Assembly: GCA_965662265.1 (NCBI GenBank)
Contig: CBFIGX010000005.1
Location: 79,544-143,543, forward strand
Origin: Flavobacteriales bacterium
Lineage (GTDB): Bacteria; Bacteroidota; Bacteroidia; Flavobacteriales; UBA7430
Direction of reading: 5' to 3'
DNA length: 64,000 nucleotides
The notes beneath the pieces are model-generated. The model did no database searches, had not been told where the DNA came from, and saw nothing but the letters and a program-made list of their open reading frames with translations. Shown here in pieces: positions 47,446-58,338 of the stretch (positions are counted from its first letter, which is position 1; each line of letters begins with the position of its first letter). A program made the translations under genes and the position numbers.

Positions 47446-49317
47446 ATGAAAAAACTTCAACTATTATCTGGTGCTCTTTTGATAGCATCACTAAGTTTTG
47501 CTCAGTCTTCAGTTAAAAGAACTGTAAGCACAGACAAAACATTTACTAAAACATCACCAAATAATGTGGTAAACACAAAGTCTCAAGCATCATTGTGGTC
47601 TGATGATTTTTCTGACCCAAGTACTTGGGTTATCGATCATGATGCAACCGCATGTGATTTAGATTGGCAAATCGGAATGGACTTAGAGGCTACAGGTAGT
47701 TATGCGATCTCTACAATAATGTCTACTTCTTATGACAATGGATGTGCTATGATTGATTCAGATCTATATGGTGGTGCAGAAGGTGGATCTGATGTAGAAG
47801 ACTCTTGGTTTACTACAGCAAATCCTATTGATTTATCAGCACACGCTAATGTTGTACTTAAATTTGAAACGTGGTACAGATCATACAACTCTGAGCGATG
47901 TTTCATTGTAACAAGTACAAATAATACAGACTGGCCAGACCTTACTCCTGACTTTGATGCAAGTACAAATCCAAATGTATACGAAGCATTCCCAGGAATA
48001 TCAGGAAATTCAGGATCCGAAGTTGCTTCAAATCCTTACGAAGCTAAAGTTAACATCAGTCCTTCTGCAGGTGGTGAATCTCAAGTTTGGGTTCGTTTCC
48101 ACTGGACTGGAACATGGGGGTATGCATGGTTTGTAGATGATGCTTCTATTGTTGAACAACCAGCAAATGAACTAGAATTACTTTCAGGTTGGGCTTACAC
48201 TTATGATGGTACTGAATACGGAAGAACACCACAGTCTCAACTTAGTGACACTCTTGGTTTAGGTGGACAAGTGTTCAACTTTGGTTCAGCAGATCAATCT
48301 AATGTAACTCTATCGACATCTATTTTAGATGCTAACCAAAATGAAGTAGCTTCAATAGACGAAACAGTAACACTACTTGAGTCAGACTCAACATACACAT
48401 TTGATAATTTAGTAGGTGGTTTAAGTTTAACTCAAGGGCTATATTCTGTTAATGCTGAAATATCTTATGATGGTACAGATTCTGACGAGTCTAACAATAC
48501 TTACACAAGAAACTTTGAAGTAACTGATGATTTATACTCTTTAGATGGTATTGGGGTATATGAATCAACTAGCTTAGGAACTATCGGTTCATCAAGTACA
48601 GCTAATGGAAATATTATCATGGCAAAATACCACATCATTGAAGAAACAACTGTTAATGGATTTGAAGTACTTATTAGCTCTACAGGATCAGATGCTGGTG
48701 CGGTATTGTACCCATTCTTAAAAGAAGAACAAGATTTCATTAATGCCGACGGAACCTTTAATCAAGAAACAGATATGTTTGCTGGCCGGATTGCTGAAAA
48801 CCAAAGTGGTGTAGATGTTGAACAATGGAACGTAGACAATGGTACTGTTTATGCACCATTAGATGATGTTGTAACACTTCAGCCTGGAACTTACTATGCT
48901 TGTGTTGAATTGAGTGCCCCTGACAATGGTGGGATTTATATCATTGATGATGAAACAGTTGTTCAACCATGGAATGCAAGTATTTACTACGCAGCTGACG
49001 ACAACATGGTTTACTCGAACGGTGAAGCAGTAGCAATTCGTTTAGCACTTAGAGAGTATGTTTCTATAGAAGAAACATCTAACAAGATGTTTACCGTATC
49101 TCCTAATCTTACAAGTGGAGTATTTACTGTAAATTCTCCATTAAGCGCAAACTACTCTATTAACGTAGTTAATGTATTAGGTGAGGTGGTTTCATCAAGA
49201 ACAATAACTGGCGACCTTAATGAAACATTTGATTTATCAAATCTTAATGCAGGTTTATACTTTGTCAAAGTATCTAATGGTACTAACGAAAATGTACAAA
49301 GAGTAATTATCAAATAA
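47446..49317 (+). CDS. T9SS-sorted secreted protein of unknown function
   Basis: It has a signal peptide. The C-terminal FTVSPNLTSGVFTVNS...LNAGLYFVKVSNGTNENVQRVIIK tail is a T9SS type-A CTD. Confidence 0.7.
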   Translation: MKKLQLLSGALLIASLSFAQSSVKRTVSTDKTFTKTSPNNVVNTKSQASLWSDDFSDPSTWVIDHDATACDLDWQIGMDLEATGSYAISTIMSTSYDNGCAMIDSDLYGGAEGGSDVEDSWFTTANPIDLSAHANVVLKFETWYRSYNSERCFIVTSTNNTDWPDLTPDFDASTNPNVYEAFPGISGNSGSEVASNPYEAKVNISPSAGGESQVWVRFHWTGTWGYAWFVDDASIVEQPANELELLSGWAYTYDGTEYGRTPQSQLSDTLGLGGQVFNFGSADQSNVTLSTSILDANQNEVASIDETVTLLESDSTYTFDNLVGGLSLTQGLYSVNAEISYDGTDSDESNNTYTRNFEVTDDLYSLDGIGVYESTSLGTIGSSSTANGNIIMAKYHIIEETTVNGFEVLISSTGSDAGAVLYPFLKEEQDFINADGTFNQETDMFAGRIAENQSGVDVEQWNVDNGTVYAPLDDVVTLQPGTYYACVELSAPDNGGIYIIDDETVVQPWNASIYYAADDNMVYSNGEAVAIRLALREYVSIEETSNKMFTVSPNLTSGVFTVNSPLSANYSINVVNVLGEVVSSRTITGDLNETFDLSNLNAGLYFVKVSNGTNENVQRVIIK

Positions 49318-49340
49318 TGATATTTATTAGAACTAGAACA

Positions 49341-49372
49341 AAAAAAAGACTCCAAAATGGAGTCTTTTTTTT
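49341..49372. terminator. Bidirectional intrinsic terminator
   Basis: Sequence is aaaaaaAGACTCCAaaaTGGAGTCTtttttttt. Confidence 0.8.
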
Positions 49373-49387
49373 GCTTTTTAATTACGT

Positions 49388-50134
49388 TTATTTCTGGATG
49401 CGCTTAAATAATTCTGAAGAAAACATAAAGTGTTGTAATTCTTTGTTCTTAGATTCATCAATATCATGCTTAGTGCCTTCCCAACAATTAAAACCATCTT
49501 TGATAAATAATATTTTTTCGCCAATCTCAATAACTGAATTCATGTCATGTGTGTTTATAACAGTAGTCATCTGGTACTCTTGAGTGAGTTCGAGCAGTAA
49601 GTTATCAATTAACGTAGCCGTATAAGGATCTAAACCAGAATTTGGCTCATCACAAAACAGATATTTCGGATTTAAGACAATAGCTCTTGCAATGGCTACT
49701 CTTTTATTCATACCCCCACTAATCTCAGATGGAAATAATTTGTTGACATTCTCTAAATTAACACGTTTCAAACAAAAGTTAACACGATCTAACTGGTCTG
49801 ATTTATTCATGTTAGAAAACATTTGTAATGGAAACATAACGTTTTCTTCAACAGTCATAGAGTCAAAAAGTGCACCCCCTTGAAATACCATTCCAATTTC
49901 TTTACGTATCTGTTTTAATTTACTAGTTGACATGGTAACAATATTAGTCCCATCAAAATATATAGATCCATTATCTGGCTTGTAAATCCCAAGTAAGCAT
50001 TTTAAAAGAACTGTTTTTCCAGAGCCACTTTGACCAATTACAAGATTTGTTACCCCTTTATCATACTCAAATGAAATATCTTTTAATATGTGCTTGCCCC
50101 CAAAACTTTTATTAATTCTATCAACAACAATCAT
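49388..50134 (-). CDS. ABC transporter ATP-binding protein (MlaF-like)
   Basis: GQSGSGKTVLLKCL, SGGMNKRVAIARA, LFCDEPNSGLDP. It is adjacent to a MlaE-like permease. Confidence 0.8.
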   Translation of the reverse strand: MIVVDRINKSFGGKHILKDISFEYDKGVTNLVIGQSGSGKTVLLKCLLGIYKPDNGSIYFDGTNIVTMSTSKLKQIRKEIGMVFQGGALFDSMTVEENVMFPLQMFSNMNKSDQLDRVNFCLKRVNLENVNKLFPSEISGGMNKRVAIARAIVLNPKYLFCDEPNSGLDPYTATLIDNLLLELTQEYQMTTVINTHDMNSVIEIGEKILFIKDGFNCWEGTKHDIDESKNKELQHFMFSSELFKRIQK

Positions 50135-50889
50135 TAATTTAACAAAATTTGAGTTAATATATAGTTCAGAACTATAATAACTACAGAACTAAACACAACA
50201 GCTTTTGTACTTGATTTACCAACTTCTAATGCACCTCCTTTGGTATAATAACCAAAATATGATGAAATACTCGCAATAAAAAAGGCAAACAAAACTGTTT
50301 TAATAATGGCATATAAGGCCTTAAAAGGAACAAATGAATATTGTAATCCCATTATAAAATCTGATGATGAACATTCTCCAGAGACCAAGCCTGCAGCCCA
50401 TCCTCCAACAATTCCTACAATCATACTTACAACAATAAGTAATGGGTTAAAAAACATAAGTGCAAATATTTTAGGACGCACTAAAAATGCAGCTGGATTA
50501 ACCCCCATTACTTCCAAAGCATCAATTTGCTCGGTAACTCTCATTGTACCTATGCTAGAGGCTATATTTGAACCCACCTTACCTGCAAGCAGTAAGCTTA
50601 TAATGGTTGGTGAAAATTCTAAGATAATTGCATCTCTGGTAGCGTAGCCTAACAGATAATTAGGAAGCCAACTTCCTTCCATATTCGCTGCTGTCTGTAA
50701 GGTAACTACAGCGCCTACGAATAAAGATACAAATATGACAAACAACAATGACTTTAGTCCCAAATCATAAATTTCTTGAATGAGTAGCTTTGATAATACC
50801 GATCGTCGCTCAGGTTTTCTAAAAACATCGATGTTAAACAAAATAAATTTCCCTAAAGCCCTAATGAAGCTCATAAATTCAATATTCAA
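50134..50889 (-). CDS. ABC transporter permease (MlaE family)
   Basis: GTMRVTEQIDALEVMGVNP is the MlaE signature. The protein is polytopic. Confidence 0.8.
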   Translation of the reverse strand: MNIEFMSFIRALGKFILFNIDVFRKPERRSVLSKLLIQEIYDLGLKSLLFVIFVSLFVGAVVTLQTAANMEGSWLPNYLLGYATRDAIILEFSPTIISLLLAGKVGSNIASSIGTMRVTEQIDALEVMGVNPAAFLVRPKIFALMFFNPLLIVVSMIVGIVGGWAAGLVSGECSSSDFIMGLQYSFVPFKALYAIIKTVLFAFFIASISSYFGYYTKGGALEVGKSSTKAVVFSSVVIIVLNYILTQILLN

Positions 50890-50952
50890 ATTTTAAGTGT
50901 AAATTTACCGAATACTTAATTAACAACCATCATTATAAATCATATATACGAT

Positions 50953-51087
50953 ATGAAGGTGCAATACAAATTGTTTTTTATTCTTTTTATATCAAGTTTA
51001 ACTCTTAACTCATGTGCTTCGCTTAAAGGTTGTGACTGTCCTGGATTAGGTCAAAAAGTGAACACCAGTACTGATATTAAAGCTTAA
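50953..51087 (+). CDS. Possible 44-aa lipoprotein (not in ORF track)
   Basis: My translation is MKVQYKLFFILFISSLTLNSCASLKGCDCPGLGQKVNTSTDIKA*. It has a good lipobox (LNSC) and fills an otherwise empty 200-bp gap. Confidence 0.35.
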   Translation: MKVQYKLFFILFISSLTLNSCASLKGCDCPGLGQKVNTSTDIKA

Positions 51088-51092
51088 ATTAT

Positions 51093-52178
51093 ATGAATTC
51101 AAATAACTACGCTGTAATAATGGCCGGCGGAATTGGTAGTAGATTCTGGCCTATGAGTAGAACCAAACTTCCAAAACAATTTATTGATATTTTAGGAACA
51201 GGTAGCACTCTCATTCAACAAACATTTAACAGATTATCTAAAATATGTCCTAAAGAAAATATATTAATTGTAACAAACGAAAAGTACAAAAATTTAGTTC
51301 TTGACCAACTTGAAGTCACGCAAAATCAAGTTTTATGTGAGCCTATGATGAGAAATACTGCTCCATGCGTTGCTTATGCGGCATTTAAAATTCATAAACT
51401 AAATCCAAATGCAACGATGATTGTTGCCCCATCAGATCATCTTATTCTTGACGAAGATGAATTTATTAGATGTGTAGAACATTCATTTATTGTCACCAAT
51501 AAAAATGATATTCTAATAACTTTAGGCATGCAACCCAATAGGCCTGATACTGGTTATGGCTATATACAATATAGAGAAGATACTTTAAGCACCGACTCTA
51601 GATTTAAAAAAGTTAAAACATTTACAGAAAAACCAAATTTAGAATTAGCCCAGGAATTCATTAAAAGTGGTGACTTTTTATGGAATTCGGGAATATTTAT
51701 TTGGTCTGTAAAAAGTATCCTTAATAGATTTCATAAAGACTTAAAAGATCTATACGACACCTTTACCCAAGGGGCTCATTTTTTGAATACAAATCAAGAA
51801 AATCATTTCATCAACACATCTTATCCTAACATGAAAAATATTTCAATAGATGTTGGTATTATGGAAAAAGCAGATAATGTATACGTTATGCCTGCTAATT
51901 TTGGTTGGAGTGACTTAGGAACTTTTGGCTCACTATATACGCTCATACAAAAAGATAATAATGACAATGCCCTAGTAAGCAAAAATGTAATGACTTATAA
52001 CTCTAGTAAAAATATAGTTCATTCTAGTAAAAATAAATTGGTCGTACTCGACGGGCTTGACAATTATATTATTGTAGATCAAAAAGATGTTCTCCTTATA
52101 TGCAAAAAAGAAAATGAACAATTGATAAAGCAATATATGAATGATACAAAATCTCAAAAAGGAGATACTTACACATAA
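51093..52178 (+). CDS. Mannose-1-phosphate guanylyltransferase
   Basis: AVIMAGGIGSRFWPMSRTKLPKQF..., GYGYIQ, FTEKP. Confidence 0.85.
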   Translation: MNSNNYAVIMAGGIGSRFWPMSRTKLPKQFIDILGTGSTLIQQTFNRLSKICPKENILIVTNEKYKNLVLDQLEVTQNQVLCEPMMRNTAPCVAYAAFKIHKLNPNATMIVAPSDHLILDEDEFIRCVEHSFIVTNKNDILITLGMQPNRPDTGYGYIQYREDTLSTDSRFKKVKTFTEKPNLELAQEFIKSGDFLWNSGIFIWSVKSILNRFHKDLKDLYDTFTQGAHFLNTNQENHFINTSYPNMKNISIDVGIMEKADNVYVMPANFGWSDLGTFGSLYTLIQKDNNDNALVSKNVMTYNSSKNIVHSSKNKLVVLDGLDNYIIVDQKDVLLICKKENEQLIKQYMNDTKSQKGDTYT

Positions 52179-52184
52179 AAAGTT

Positions 52185-53615
52185 ATGATAGATAACAAAT
52201 CGAAAAGTCAATCAGATTCTGAGTCGGATGAACCAACAAATAAAGTAGGTTTACTAACTCAATTGAGAAAAACAATCTCTGAATTATTAAGAACTTTTAA
52301 AGAAACATTAAAGTTTAATGATGAATTTATTGACCATAAGGAAGTACGATCCAACATTATAAAAGATATAAGCTTCAAAGGATATAATGTTTGGATACTC
52401 ATCTGTTCTATTCTCATTTGCTCGATTGGATTAAATATTAATTCTACACCTGTAGTAATCGGAGCCATGTTAATTTCTCCATTAATGGGTCCAATTTTGG
52501 GCTTAGGTCTATCTATTGGTACTAACGACCTAGAAAACTTAAAATCATCTTTAAAAAATATATTTATCGCTTTAGGTGTTAGTTTACTGACTTCGACAAT
52601 CTTTTTCATTCTTAGTCCATTAAATGATGCGCAATCTGAATTACTTGCACGTACGCAACCAACATTTTTAGATGCCTTAATTGCTGTAAGTGGAGGTCTT
52701 GCGGGTATAATAGCTATGAGTCGAAAAGATGCAAGTAATGTTATCCCTGGAGTTGCAATTGCAACTGCTTTAATGCCGCCTATATGTACTGCCGGATATG
52801 GACTTGCAAATGGCAATATGACTTTTTTCCTCGGTGCACTTTATCTTTTTTTACTGAATTCTGTTTTTATTAGTATCGCTACGCTTGTAATTGTTAGATA
52901 CCTTCACTTTCCTTATATATCATTTGTTAATGTAACTACAGAAAAAAGGGTAAAACGTTATATTTTAATTGTAAGTGCTGTCATAATAATCCCAAGTGCT
53001 TATTTATTCTTTGAAGTAACTCAAGAATCGATATTCCAATCTAGGGCTGACAAATATCGACAAGAAACAATAATCTACAAGGGCTCCGAAGTCATTAATC
53101 AAAAATATAATTATAATAAAAATGGTTCGACCATAGAAATATTTTTAATAGGCACACAAATCCCCGAGGATGTTATTTGGGCTTGGGAACAAGAATTAAG
53201 CAACTATGATCTTACTAAAACAGAGTTAAAAATAATCCAAAATAAAGACAACAGTGAAGAACTAGCAGGTAGTATTAGCCAGCAAGTGAAAGCAGGAATT
53301 ATCGAAGACTTATATAAAAAGAATTACCAAAAACTAAATCTTAAAAACCAAACTATTGACAGTTTAGCAAAACAAGTTATAAAACTTAAGGGTGATAGCA
53401 TCAATTGGACCCAACTTCAAAAAGAAATCTTCATACAATATGACCAATTGGAAGAGCTAACTTTAGGACAGTCAATTCGAATTGATAGTAGTAGAATAGA
53501 CACCATATTTATTTTAGCTCCAATTTGGGAAGGCAACCAACGAAATGAACAACTTAAACAATGGCTCCAAATAAGGCTAAATAAAAATAACTTAGAATTA
53601 ATTGATTCAAATTAA
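52185..53615 (+). CDS. DUF389 domain-containing membrane protein
   Basis: GAMLISPLMGPILGLGL and AIATALMPP are typical DUF389 blocks. Confidence 0.7.
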   Translation: MIDNKSKSQSDSESDEPTNKVGLLTQLRKTISELLRTFKETLKFNDEFIDHKEVRSNIIKDISFKGYNVWILICSILICSIGLNINSTPVVIGAMLISPLMGPILGLGLSIGTNDLENLKSSLKNIFIALGVSLLTSTIFFILSPLNDAQSELLARTQPTFLDALIAVSGGLAGIIAMSRKDASNVIPGVAIATALMPPICTAGYGLANGNMTFFLGALYLFLLNSVFISIATLVIVRYLHFPYISFVNVTTEKRVKRYILIVSAVIIIPSAYLFFEVTQESIFQSRADKYRQETIIYKGSEVINQKYNYNKNGSTIEIFLIGTQIPEDVIWAWEQELSNYDLTKTELKIIQNKDNSEELAGSISQQVKAGIIEDLYKKNYQKLNLKNQTIDSLAKQVIKLKGDSINWTQLQKEIFIQYDQLEELTLGQSIRIDSSRIDTIFILAPIWEGNQRNEQLKQWLQIRLNKNNLELIDSN

Positions 53616-53681
53616 TTTTAAGAAAATAGATTTCTTACGAATCTTTATATTTATTTTTGCATTAAGAAATCAAACACTATC

Positions 53682-54563
53682 TTGAAAAGCAAGATTAAAG
53701 ATTACAGCCAGTTAGCTAAAATTAGATTGTCGAGTACAGTTGTTTTCTCTTCAGTTGCAGGCTATCTTTTAGCAGTTGACCATATTGATTGGCAAATACT
53801 CATCATGTTAGTTGTGGGTGGATTTATGGTTGTTGCCTCATCTAATGGCTTCAATCAAGTTTACGAAAGAGATACAGACAAGTTAATGGATAGAACTAAG
53901 GAAAGGCCTTTACCTACTGGGAGAATTAACAGTACCGAGGGGTTACTTTTTTCAACTATTTTTGGTGTAATTGGCATGATTATCTTGTATCAAATTAACG
54001 CTAAGTCGGCTATCTTCGGAGCTGCAGCTTTAATTTTGTATGCTGCTGTTTACACACCACTAAAAACGCAAAGTCCAATAGCCGTATTCGTAGGTGCTTT
54101 CCCAGGTGCCATTCCATTTATGCTGGGTTGGGTTGCAGCTACAAATAATTTTGGCATAGAACCTGGCACACTCTTCGCCATACAGTTTCTATGGCAATTT
54201 CCACATTTTTGGGCTATTGCATGGTTACTAGATGACGACTACAAAAAAGCAGGTATTAGAATGCTCCCTTCTGGAAGTAAAGACAAAAGAACAGCATTTC
54301 AATCCATGCTTTATACCATTTGGCTAATCCCCGTATCTATTTTACCTTTAATATTTCCATATATTGGTATTGAAAGTAAGTTATTATTAAGCCCTATTAG
54401 TGCTATTATTATTATTATTATGGGTGTTTACTTATATAAGAAAAGTGCTGATTTATTAAAGTTTTGCGATCAAGTATCCGCAAAAAAATTAATGCTTGGA
54501 AGTCTAATATATCTCCCAGTAGTCCAAATTATTTACATCATCGACAAATACGTATTTCAATAA
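53682..54563 (+). CDS. cyoE: Protoheme IX farnesyltransferase (heme O synthase)
   Basis: DYSQLAKIRLSSTVVFSSVAGY..., NQVYERDTDKLMDRTKERPLPTGR (UbiA motif). It appears to use a TTG start. Confidence 0.88.
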   Translation: MKSKIKDYSQLAKIRLSSTVVFSSVAGYLLAVDHIDWQILIMLVVGGFMVVASSNGFNQVYERDTDKLMDRTKERPLPTGRINSTEGLLFSTIFGVIGMIILYQINAKSAIFGAAALILYAAVYTPLKTQSPIAVFVGAFPGAIPFMLGWVAATNNFGIEPGTLFAIQFLWQFPHFWAIAWLLDDDYKKAGIRMLPSGSKDKRTAFQSMLYTIWLIPVSILPLIFPYIGIESKLLLSPISAIIIIIMGVYLYKKSADLLKFCDQVSAKKLMLGSLIYLPVVQIIYIIDKYVFQ

Positions 54564-54565
54564 CT

Positions 54566-55135
54566 ATGAAAAAAGAGATTCAAATCGACAAAAGAAAAAC
54601 GAGAAAACCCCTTTTAGTCATTTCGTTAATTAGCATTGTAATGCTTTTTATCGGTTTTACATCGGGTTATATTGTAAGAAAAGCGGAAGGAAACTGGCTT
54701 GATTTCAGTATGCCAGATGCCTTTTTTATGAGTACGGTCGTGATCATCCTAAGTAGTTTAACTATTCACAAAAGTTTGTCTGCAGCTAAAATCAACAACT
54801 TTGCTTTGGTAAAACGTTATTTAGGAATAACATTAACTCTTGGCCTACTATTTACATTTTTACAAATATTAGGTTGGTCTCAACTTAATGAAATTGGTGT
54901 TTATTTTACCGGAGAAAATAGTAATCCTGCAGGATCTTTTGTTTACGTCATAACGCTTGTCCATTTACTTCACCTTATAGCTGGCATTATTTCAATAATT
55001 GTAATGTATTATAATGCAAAAAGAGAGTTGTACAGTCAAGAAGATACTTTAGGCTTAGAATTAGGTGTTATATTTTGGCATTTTTTAGATGGACTTTGGA
55101 TTTATCTCTTCTTATTTTTTATCGTAACTCGATAA
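54566..55135 (+). CDS. Cytochrome c oxidase subunit III family protein (short form)
   Basis: The start is taken at MKKEIQIDKRK.... It has HLLHLIAGII and FWHFLDGLWIYLFLFF (WHFVD-type motif). Confidence 0.75.
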   Translation: MKKEIQIDKRKTRKPLLVISLISIVMLFIGFTSGYIVRKAEGNWLDFSMPDAFFMSTVVIILSSLTIHKSLSAAKINNFALVKRYLGITLTLGLLFTFLQILGWSQLNEIGVYFTGENSNPAGSFVYVITLVHLLHLIAGIISIIVMYYNAKRELYSQEDTLGLELGVIFWHFLDGLWIYLFLFFIVTR

Positions 55136-55291
55136 ATATTTAGAAATAATATAAAAAAGTAATTAACCCTGTAGTAATACAATTTAAGACTTTTGTCTTT
55201 TAATGGAAAGACTTATCTTTGCATTGTGTAAAAGGCTTTTTCGATACAAAGCGATAAAAAAAGAACAATATAATACAATCTAAAACTTAGC

Positions 55292-56116
55292 ATGGGAGCA
55301 AAATCAACTACTCAAAGCGTTTGGAGAGGTGGCGTAAAACCATTTGACGCTAGTTATGGTAAAATGATGATGTGGTTTTTCTTATTAACAGATGCACTTA
55401 CATTCTCAGGGTTTCTAGGAGCTTACGGATTTGCTCGTTTTAAGTATGGTGATATTTGGCCTGTTGCAGAAGAAGTATTTACTCACTTCCCCGGAATAGA
55501 GGGCGATCAACCACTACTCTATGTAGCTCTGATGACTTTTATTCTTATCATGAGTTCTGTTACTATGGTATTAGCAGTTCATCACGGTAAGAGAATGGAA
55601 ACTAACAAAGTTGCTTGGTGGATGGGCTTAACTATTATTGGTGGTATTGTTTTCTTGGGGTCTCAGGCATGGGAATGGATGCACTTTATCCATGGTACTG
55701 CTGAAGGAGCTCTCAAATTAGCCGATGGAAGTATTGCTCATGTAATTGCAGCAGGCACCGACATTCTTGGTCAAACTTATAATTACGATGTATTTAAAAT
55801 AGGAGCTAAAAATTATATTACTGACCCAGCATTAATAAAAACGCTGTCTGAAACTGCAGAACAAGTATATGGTGCAAATATGACAGTTAATGAATATGGT
55901 CTACCTCAATTTGCTAACTATTTCTTCTTTATCACTGGATTCCATGGATTCCACGTATTTACGGGAGTAATACTAAATATTATTGTTTTTATAAATGTTC
56001 TATTTGGCACATATGAAAAGAGAGGGCATTATGAAATGGTTGAAAAAGTTGGATTGTATTGGCACTTTGTAGACTTAGTTTGGGTATTCGTATTTACTTT
56101 CTTCTACTTAGTATAA
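55292..56116 (+). CDS. Cytochrome c oxidase subunit III
   Basis: FFFITGFHGFHVFTGV and YWHFVDLVWVFVFTFFYL. Confidence 0.85.
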   Translation: MGAKSTTQSVWRGGVKPFDASYGKMMMWFFLLTDALTFSGFLGAYGFARFKYGDIWPVAEEVFTHFPGIEGDQPLLYVALMTFILIMSSVTMVLAVHHGKRMETNKVAWWMGLTIIGGIVFLGSQAWEWMHFIHGTAEGALKLADGSIAHVIAAGTDILGQTYNYDVFKIGAKNYITDPALIKTLSETAEQVYGANMTVNEYGLPQFANYFFFITGFHGFHVFTGVILNIIVFINVLFGTYEKRGHYEMVEKVGLYWHFVDLVWVFVFTFFYLV

Positions 56117-56164
56117 TTCTTGGCTATTAAAACAAATTAAGAAAAACTTCACACATTCAAAGAT

Positions 56165-56458
56165 ATGTCACACGATAACCACGGAGGAACAAAACAAATT
56201 TGGTTGGTATTTTGGATTCTATTAATACTTACCGCTGTAGAAGTAGCATTAGGGATATATAAGCCTGTTAGTTACGAAATACTAAAATGGACTTTTATTA
56301 TACTTACACTTATTAAAGCATACTATATCATAGCTTATTTTATGCACGTAAATCACGAGCGTAAAAACTTTGTGTGGACATTAGCACTACCTACCTTCAT
56401 ACTCATTCCATTTTTGCTATTTATATTACTCACAGAAGCTAGTGATCTAATTTTATAA
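56165..56458 (+). CDS. Cytochrome c oxidase subunit IV (prokaryotic small subunit family)
   Basis: It is 97 aa with three TM segments and sits directly after subunit III. The ...LIKAYYIIAYFMH pattern fits. Confidence 0.6.
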   Translation: MSHDNHGGTKQIWLVFWILLILTAVEVALGIYKPVSYEILKWTFIILTLIKAYYIIAYFMHVNHERKNFVWTLALPTFILIPFLLFILLTEASDLIL

Positions 56459-57174
56459 TGAAACAAACACCTAACTATATCAAGTGGGTAGTACTATTTT
56501 CAATATTAGTACTACCCTCTGTTTTGTACTTATACCTTACCGCTGGAAAACACAATTTTGTTTACGTTCCTATACTTGCAGATAAAAGTCAAGATTTTAT
56601 AGCATTAGTTGATGAAAATAGACTGGAACAACCAAAACACCATTATATCAATGATTTCCCTTTAAACGACAGTCTATTCTTCTCAGATCTTGACAATAAA
56701 ATCAAGCTTATATTTTACACAAAATCTTCAGAAGTAACAACCTCTAAACTAATAGCTTACATGCTAGAAAGCGAAGTTTGGTCTGACCTTGGTGACTATG
56801 AGGATATCTATTTTTTAAACTTCATAGTTGAAGATTCTACTCATAAATTCAAAGAAAAAACTTTTGACGAATGTCAAATACCAAAAAATCAATGGATTAA
56901 CGTTAACCTCAACAAGGAAGAACTCTTAAGTTATATGGAAGGCAATGTGTGGGTCGGAAAAATAACTAATAAAATGCTCAAAAATAATACTATTAACTAT
57001 GGGCAAATTATTATTTCTGATAGAGAAGGTAGGATTAGAACTGGCTTTGATAATAATGACATTCTTTTAAACACATACAACGCACTAAGCAAGTATGAGA
57101 TTAAACATCTTAGAGATGATTTAAAGGTTTTACTAGCAGAATATCAAAGAGAACTAAAAAACAAAAATGAATAG
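56458..57174 (+). CDS. Membrane-anchored SCO/thioredoxin-fold paralog lacking the CxxxC copper site
   Basis: KIKLIFYTKSSEVTTSKLIAYM aligns by eye to the SCO segment KIYVADFFFTTCPSICPVMTNNM. IISDREGRIRTGFD aligns to SCO LVDKEGRIRSSYD. It overlaps the SCO gene by 8 nt. Confidence 0.5.
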   Translation: MKQTPNYIKWVVLFSILVLPSVLYLYLTAGKHNFVYVPILADKSQDFIALVDENRLEQPKHHYINDFPLNDSLFFSDLDNKIKLIFYTKSSEVTTSKLIAYMLESEVWSDLGDYEDIYFLNFIVEDSTHKFKEKTFDECQIPKNQWINVNLNKEELLSYMEGNVWVGKITNKMLKNNTINYGQIIISDREGRIRTGFDNNDILLNTYNALSKYEIKHLRDDLKVLLAEYQRELKNKNE

Positions 57175-57808
57175 ATTACTTACAGTAATACTAATATCCG
57201 TCTCACTAGTTTCTTGCCATAGAAATAGTGTAAACAATAAACTTGCTATTATAGGGCCAATTGAAATTAGCAACCAAGATACTTTATACCACAAGATTCC
57301 ACCTTTTGAACTTGTTAATCAAGACAGCATACTAATTTCTAATACATCTTTAGCTGGGAAAATATATGTGGCAGACTTTTTTTTCACAACCTGCCCATCA
57401 ATATGTCCAGTTATGACTAATAATATGGTTAAAATACAACGTGCTTTTAGTGATACAGAAAACTTTGCTCTAGTATCTCATACCGTAAACCCTTTATATG
57501 ATGAGCCAAATGTTCTGAAAGAATATGCATCAAAAATGCACGCAAATACCGATAACTGGCACTTCTTGACAGGCGCAAAAGAAGATATATACCAAACTGC
57601 TTTTCATGGATATTTTGCCAATGCGGAAGAAGATAAACTTGCTCCTGGCGGTTTTTTACATTCTGAGTACTTTGTTTTAGTAGATAAAGAAGGACGTATC
57701 AGATCTAGTTATGACAAAACTGGCAATCCTAAGGGTGTTTATGATGGTACCAACAATCAAGACATACTTCAACTAATAAAAGATATTAAACAACTATTAA
57801 AAGAATAG
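57167..57808 (+). CDS. SCO family copper chaperone / thiol-disulfide oxidoreductase
   Basis: FFFTTCPSICP (CxxxC), a downstream His (GFLHSEYF), and a lipoprotein-like N-terminus. Confidence 0.85.
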   Translation: MNRLLTVILISVSLVSCHRNSVNNKLAIIGPIEISNQDTLYHKIPPFELVNQDSILISNTSLAGKIYVADFFFTTCPSICPVMTNNMVKIQRAFSDTENFALVSHTVNPLYDEPNVLKEYASKMHANTDNWHFLTGAKEDIYQTAFHGYFANAEEDKLAPGGFLHSEYFVLVDKEGRIRSSYDKTGNPKGVYDGTNNQDILQLIKDIKQLLKE

Positions 57809-57810
57809 AA

Positions 57811-58335
57811 ATGAAATATAAACATGCATCCAAAATAATCTATTCTATTTCGATAGCTGTTCTTGCTCTTGTAGTACTTTTGTACAATTTACCACAAGCA
57901 AAGCAAATTCCCACATTTATCAAATACTTACCCACCCTTAATGCATGCATAAATGGCACATGTTTTATCTTATTAATATCATCTTTAATCGCTATAAAAC
58001 AAAAGAAAATAAACCTACATAAAAAGCTAAACATAACATCTTTTGTCCTTTCTGCAATATTCATATTATCATATGTTACATTTCACTCATACGGAATTGA
58101 AACATTTTACCCTAAAACTGAGCCATTAAGACCTTTATATCTACTAATACTAATAACACATATTATAACAGCTGCTATTGTATTGCCTTTAGTACTTTTT
58201 TCTTTCTATAAAGCGTTAGCAGGTGATATAGAAAGTCATAGAAAAATTTCTAAATGGACAATGCCTGTATGGCTTTATGTAACATTAACTGGTGTTATTG
58301 TTTATATTATGATTTCACCTTATTACAACTTCTAG
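57811..58335 (+). CDS. DUF420 domain-containing membrane protein
   Basis: It has four TM helices. ...HRKISKWTMPVWLYVTLTGVIVYIM is the DUF420 C-terminal block. Confidence 0.7.
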   Translation: MKYKHASKIIYSISIAVLALVVLLYNLPQAKQIPTFIKYLPTLNACINGTCFILLISSLIAIKQKKINLHKKLNITSFVLSAIFILSYVTFHSYGIETFYPKTEPLRPLYLLILITHIITAAIVLPLVLFSFYKALAGDIESHRKISKWTMPVWLYVTLTGVIVYIMISPYYNF

Positions 58336-58338
58336 CAT